Origin: the human T2T-CHM13v2.0 reference genome, Homo sapiens
Direction: 5' to 3'
Assembly: GCA_009914755.4 (NCBI GenBank)
Contig: CP086569.2
Span: 18,112,001-18,176,000 of the forward strand
Length of the DNA stretch: 64,000 nt
Below the pieces are notes generated by a model that ran no database searches, was not told the DNA's origin, and worked only from the letters and a program-made list of their open reading frames with translations. This document shows positions 60,455 to 64,000 of the stretch, piece by piece. Every line of letters begins with the position of its first letter. Positions within the stretch are counted from its first letter, which is position 1. The translations under genes were made by a program, and so were the position numbers.

Positions 60455-60850
60455 ATGTACAGTTATAACTTACATTAACCTGTTTATTTTGTGCTGCTAC
60501 ACTTGTATATGTAAACTGTATATAATATAAATTACATACATATAAATTGTATCCATTTTAACATTGCATTTCTTATTTCCTACATATAGTCATAATTTAG
60601 AGTGATTGGTTTTATTGTGTACTACATTTATATGTATTACATTATATAACTTATATATTTCATATAGATGAATTTTATAAATTTAACATTTCAGTTTTAA
60701 TTTATTATATTTATTATTTAGATTGATCTAAATTTTATTTGGTGCTACATTTCTATATATATTAATCATATATAAGCTATGCACATACTTTTGTAAAAGT
60801 GTTATTACTTTGGCATTTCATTACATCTTTTATTTCAGCAGTATTTGATA
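60455..60850. repeat. Diverged tandem repeat of about 125 bp x 3 inside an extremely AT-rich block of about 560 bp (60400-60960)
   Basis: Recurring 30-nt motif at about 60484, 60613 and 60737: 'ttattttgtgctgctacacttgtatatgtaa', 'ttttattgtgtactacatttatatgtatta', 'ttttatttggtgctacatttctatatatatta'. A second recurring motif: 'aacattgcatttcttatttcc', 'aacatttcagttttaatttatt', 'ggcatttcattacatcttttatttc'. Confidence 0.5.
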
Positions 60851-61274
60851 TGTATCAATTTTGACTCATTGAATATGTCTTTTTCATTATTCATCCTAAG
60901 TTCTGCTTCATTTTTCTTTATTTCTATATATATATTTTATTCTTTTTAAAAACAATGAATATATTATCAATTTATTTATCTGTGAGGAATTTTATATCCT
61001 AAAATGGGTGTTTGCCACATTTGCACCTGGAACCCTTACCAGATATAACAAATGAGTTCACAGATATTATTCCTCAATAGCTATCTCTATATTGTGTTAT
61101 TGTTTGCCTGCATTTTGTGTCACAAAAGGGAAGGCAACCTGTCCACACCCACACCACTCTTCATACCCTGGTATAATATTTTTCATTGCAAATGCAATTT
61201 AAGAGTTATGCCTGAGTGTGCTTAGGCAAAGGTGACATCTCCCCTGTGTAAATGGCAATGATAGCTGTGATATT

Positions 61275-61300
61275 TGTTTGTGTGTGTGTGTATGTGTTTG
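61275..61300. repeat. Short (GT)n microsatellite
   Basis: 'tgtttgtgtgtgtgtgtatgtgtttgtatg'. Confidence 0.7.
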
Positions 61301-61317
61301 TATGTTTTGCTTGTGAT

Positions 61318-61400
61318 AGTTGAAACTTGGCTAGGGCAAATATAGTTGAATATACATATGGAGGATTCTCCTTTGCAGACCATTATAAATGAGTGTGACT
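61318..61400 (+). repeat. Roughly 85 bp segment duplicated at 63400-63475 (about 80% identity)
   Basis: 'gttgaaacttggctagggcaaatatagttgaatatacatatggaggattctcctttgcagaccattataaatgagtgtga' versus 'tttgaaacttggctagggaaaataaagttgaagatatgtatgaaggattatcctttgcagaatataataaatgagtgtaa'. Confidence 0.6.
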
Positions 61401-61956
61401 GTTGTGTTCTTTCACATTCACACATATACAGAAATGGATGAAAAGAAGACTGGCCATTCTAATATTGAAAACTCCTGTGGAAAGACTTTTTGTTTCAGAT
61501 ATGAAATCAATATGAGTAATTTTGGGGCTTGTAAAAACTCTCTGATCATTGACATGTTTTAATGGTTTTCATTAGCAAATAGCACCAACATATTGAACCT
61601 GAGATTTTACCACCATTTCAGAGGTAATAGGATTAAAAACAGACACCAAGAATAAATTTTTCTTGGTTGAATGCGTAAGAGCTATGGGTGGAAAAACATT
61701 AATAAACTTTAATAAAATAGACTAAAGGTCAGCAGACATGCAGTAATGATAAATATGTCCTTTGTTGAGATGTTGCCTTAGGGTCAAAATAAATCCTGAA
61801 ACAGTAAGATCAGGATAAGCTATTTACGGTACATTTGAATCCAGCCTCTTTACAGAGAAAACAAGTGATAATAACATTTTTGCATTCTAGTTTAGAAGAT
61901 TGGGAAAGAGAAAATGCTTATTTCTGTATTTCCCCCTTGGTAAATATAAATCATTC

Positions 61957-62450
61957 TATTATAAAGACACATGCACACATATGTTCATTGCAACACTGTT
62001 CACAATAGCAAAGACATGGAATCAAGCTGCTCATCAATGATTGTGTGTAAAGAAAATGTGGTACATATACACCATGATACTATGGCAGCTGTAAAAAATA
62101 ATAAAATCATGTCCTTTGTAGGAACATGGATGGAGCTGGGGGCCATTGTCTTTAGCAAACTAATATAGAAGCAGAGAACCAAATAATACCACAAGTTCTC
62201 ACTTTTAAGTGAAAGCTAAATAATGAGAACACATGAACAACAACTATGTAGAGGGAAATAACACAGACTGGGGACGAATGGAGCATGGAGGGTGAGAGGA
62301 GGGAGAGGATCAGGAAAAATAATTAATGGGTACTAGGCTTCATAATTGGGTGATGAAATAATCTGTACAACAAACCCCCATGACACAGGTTTCCCTATAT
62401 AACAAACCTGCACATGTATCTCTGAACCTAAAAGTTAAAAAATATTTTCC
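61957..62450 (+). mobile_element. Old LINE-1 3'-end fragment (L1PB/L1MA-like, sense)
   Basis: 'ataaagacacatgcacacatatgttcattgcaacactgttcacaatagcaaagacatggaatcaagc...aaatgtggtacatatacaccatgatactatggcagctgtaaaaaataataaaatcatgtcctttgtaggaacatggatggagctgggggccattgtctttagcaaacta...aagttctcacttttaagtgaaagctaaataatgagaacacatgaacaacaac...aaacccccatgacacaggtttccctatataacaaacctgcacatgtatctctgaacctaaaagttaaaaaa'. Confidence 0.8.
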
Positions 62451-63399
62451 CCTTGCTCAAACAACCCAGTAAATAACTCATTTATTGCAATGGCTGATGT
62501 TAATAAAACAGCTTCATTCCCTTGAAAGATGCAGGCAGACTAAATGGATGGGAGATGGGCCAGTTGCCCAGAAATTGATCCACAGTACACCAACTTGAGT
62601 CTATTTCGATTACAGAAAAAATCAAACATGGCCAAAGTTGCATTATTCCAAAGTGTATTCTAATAGCAAAATAAGGTGGTGGGAGAGCAGGATGAATGTG
62701 ATAATTCAGAAAGAAACATTTTATCATCATGCAGTCATTAATTATGATCACCAAAATCTTTTCTGAACATCTGCTTCCAATTCAGTGCCCAATTTATAGC
62801 TTAAGCCAAAAATTGTATAACCAGAGTGGGCTGCTTGGTTTGGTTTGTACACATAAGCCTTCTGGAAAATATTTTAAAAACTCTTGAAAGCTTGGGCAAA
62901 TTTTGTAGGGAAGAGGTAAGGGCTATTAAAAATTAAATTCTACCTTTTAACCAAAACAAACTTCTTCCATCATCTTATCAGTGTCTGTGGGCCAGGAGCT
63001 TTTTACATAATTTGGCTTGTTTCAGGAAGGATGAGTTAGACTTGTTTTTTGTCTAAAAGTAAGCGTACTGTTTTTGTTTCACATCTATATTTTTTTTTAA
63101 AGAAAAATAACTTTTGGCTTGTATGTTACGGAAATCTGATCTCTAACATGTGGTTCATAAAGGAGGACACTTCAATTGTTTAATAATATATGTCACAGTG
63201 AACTCATACAAGGATCTATTTGAAAACACCCCTGATACTGTATGTGTGGAGTGTGCTGGTGTTTTTGGATGGAAGCAATGCCAGAGGTATTTTATCTACC
63301 AGTATGGGGAAAACACTGATCTAAAACCAGGCAGACTGAAGGCATACTTTCTCACAGCATTTTAAAGGTACACAATTTTTAATGTATACTTTTGAAACT

Positions 63400-63475
63400 T
63401 GGCTAGGGAAAATAAAGTTGAAGATATGTATGAAGGATTATCCTTTGCAGAATATAATAAATGAGTGTAAAAGGT
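63400..63475 (+). repeat. Partner copy of the 61318-61400 segment
   Basis: See 61318-61400. Confidence 0.6.
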
Positions 63476-64000
63476 ACACATTTTATAATAAATTATTTGT
63501 TTTAATGTTTTCAAATTTTCTCACATACAGCATCTTGCACTATTATCTCGTGCACATGTTGACCACACGTTGAAGAATTATGACATCCTAATAAGAAAGA
63601 AAGCAGTGAGCAAAGATAGACACTCACTTAGCTATCTAGAGTTTTATTATCCATTCTTATGATCAGACCATGTTAAAAGATGTCTTCCACACCTATATAT
63701 TAACAATCATTTTCTAAAATAATATATTTCCATATTTGCAATGGAAAGCTATTGCAAAGGTATAGAGACAATCTGCACCCACTCTATAGCTCTATGGTTT
63801 CTATTTTTACTTTCTTTTCCACTCTCCCTGTTTTTAACATACCAACTCCTGGAAATATTAATTCTTCATAATCAAAAAAAGTTTAAGCACATAGAATTAA
63901 TGCATATGCTTAAGATTAGAGATTTTCTAGATAAGAGTTCTAGCTATTTAGCAAAGTATGATGTTATCATATTTTTATAAGATAGAGATTAAAATGGCCA

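Overview
This 64 kb window reads as human (primate) nuclear DNA from an AT-rich, gene-poor, repeat-dense region. It does not look like a prokaryotic or viral locus, and I find no evidence of a novel multi-gene system. Primate origin is supported directly by the sequence: about 20 Alu SINEs (one near-consensus AluY still carrying about 22 CpGs), two near-full-length L1PA-type LINE-1 elements (one on each strand, both with ORF1/ORF2 broken by stops and frameshifts), several older L1 3'-end fragments, two THE1/MST-type MaLR solo LTRs, Tigger/mariner-like DNA-transposon fossils, and long (CTTT)n, (GGAA)n, (GATA)n, (CA)n and (TA)n microsatellites. Roughly half or more of the window is recognisable interspersed repeat. 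The ORFs of 100 aa or more in the six-frame track are L1 ORF fragments, translations of microsatellites or Alu/LTR sequence, or unsupported random ORFs. I saw no CpG island and no rRNA or tRNA gene. The only protein-coding signal outside repeats is one weak exon-like ORF with splice-site-like borders at 42916-43186, which I rate low confidence. What is worth a second look is structural rather than functional: two L1s joined head to tail, a very young AluY, a 41-nt near-perfect inverted repeat next to a tandem Alu-fragment array, several local and dispersed duplications, and very long polypurine microsatellites. All coordinates were judged by eye against remembered repeat consensus sequences, so boundaries are approximate (about +/-10 bp) and family and subfamily names are provisional until checked with RepeatMasker/Dfam.
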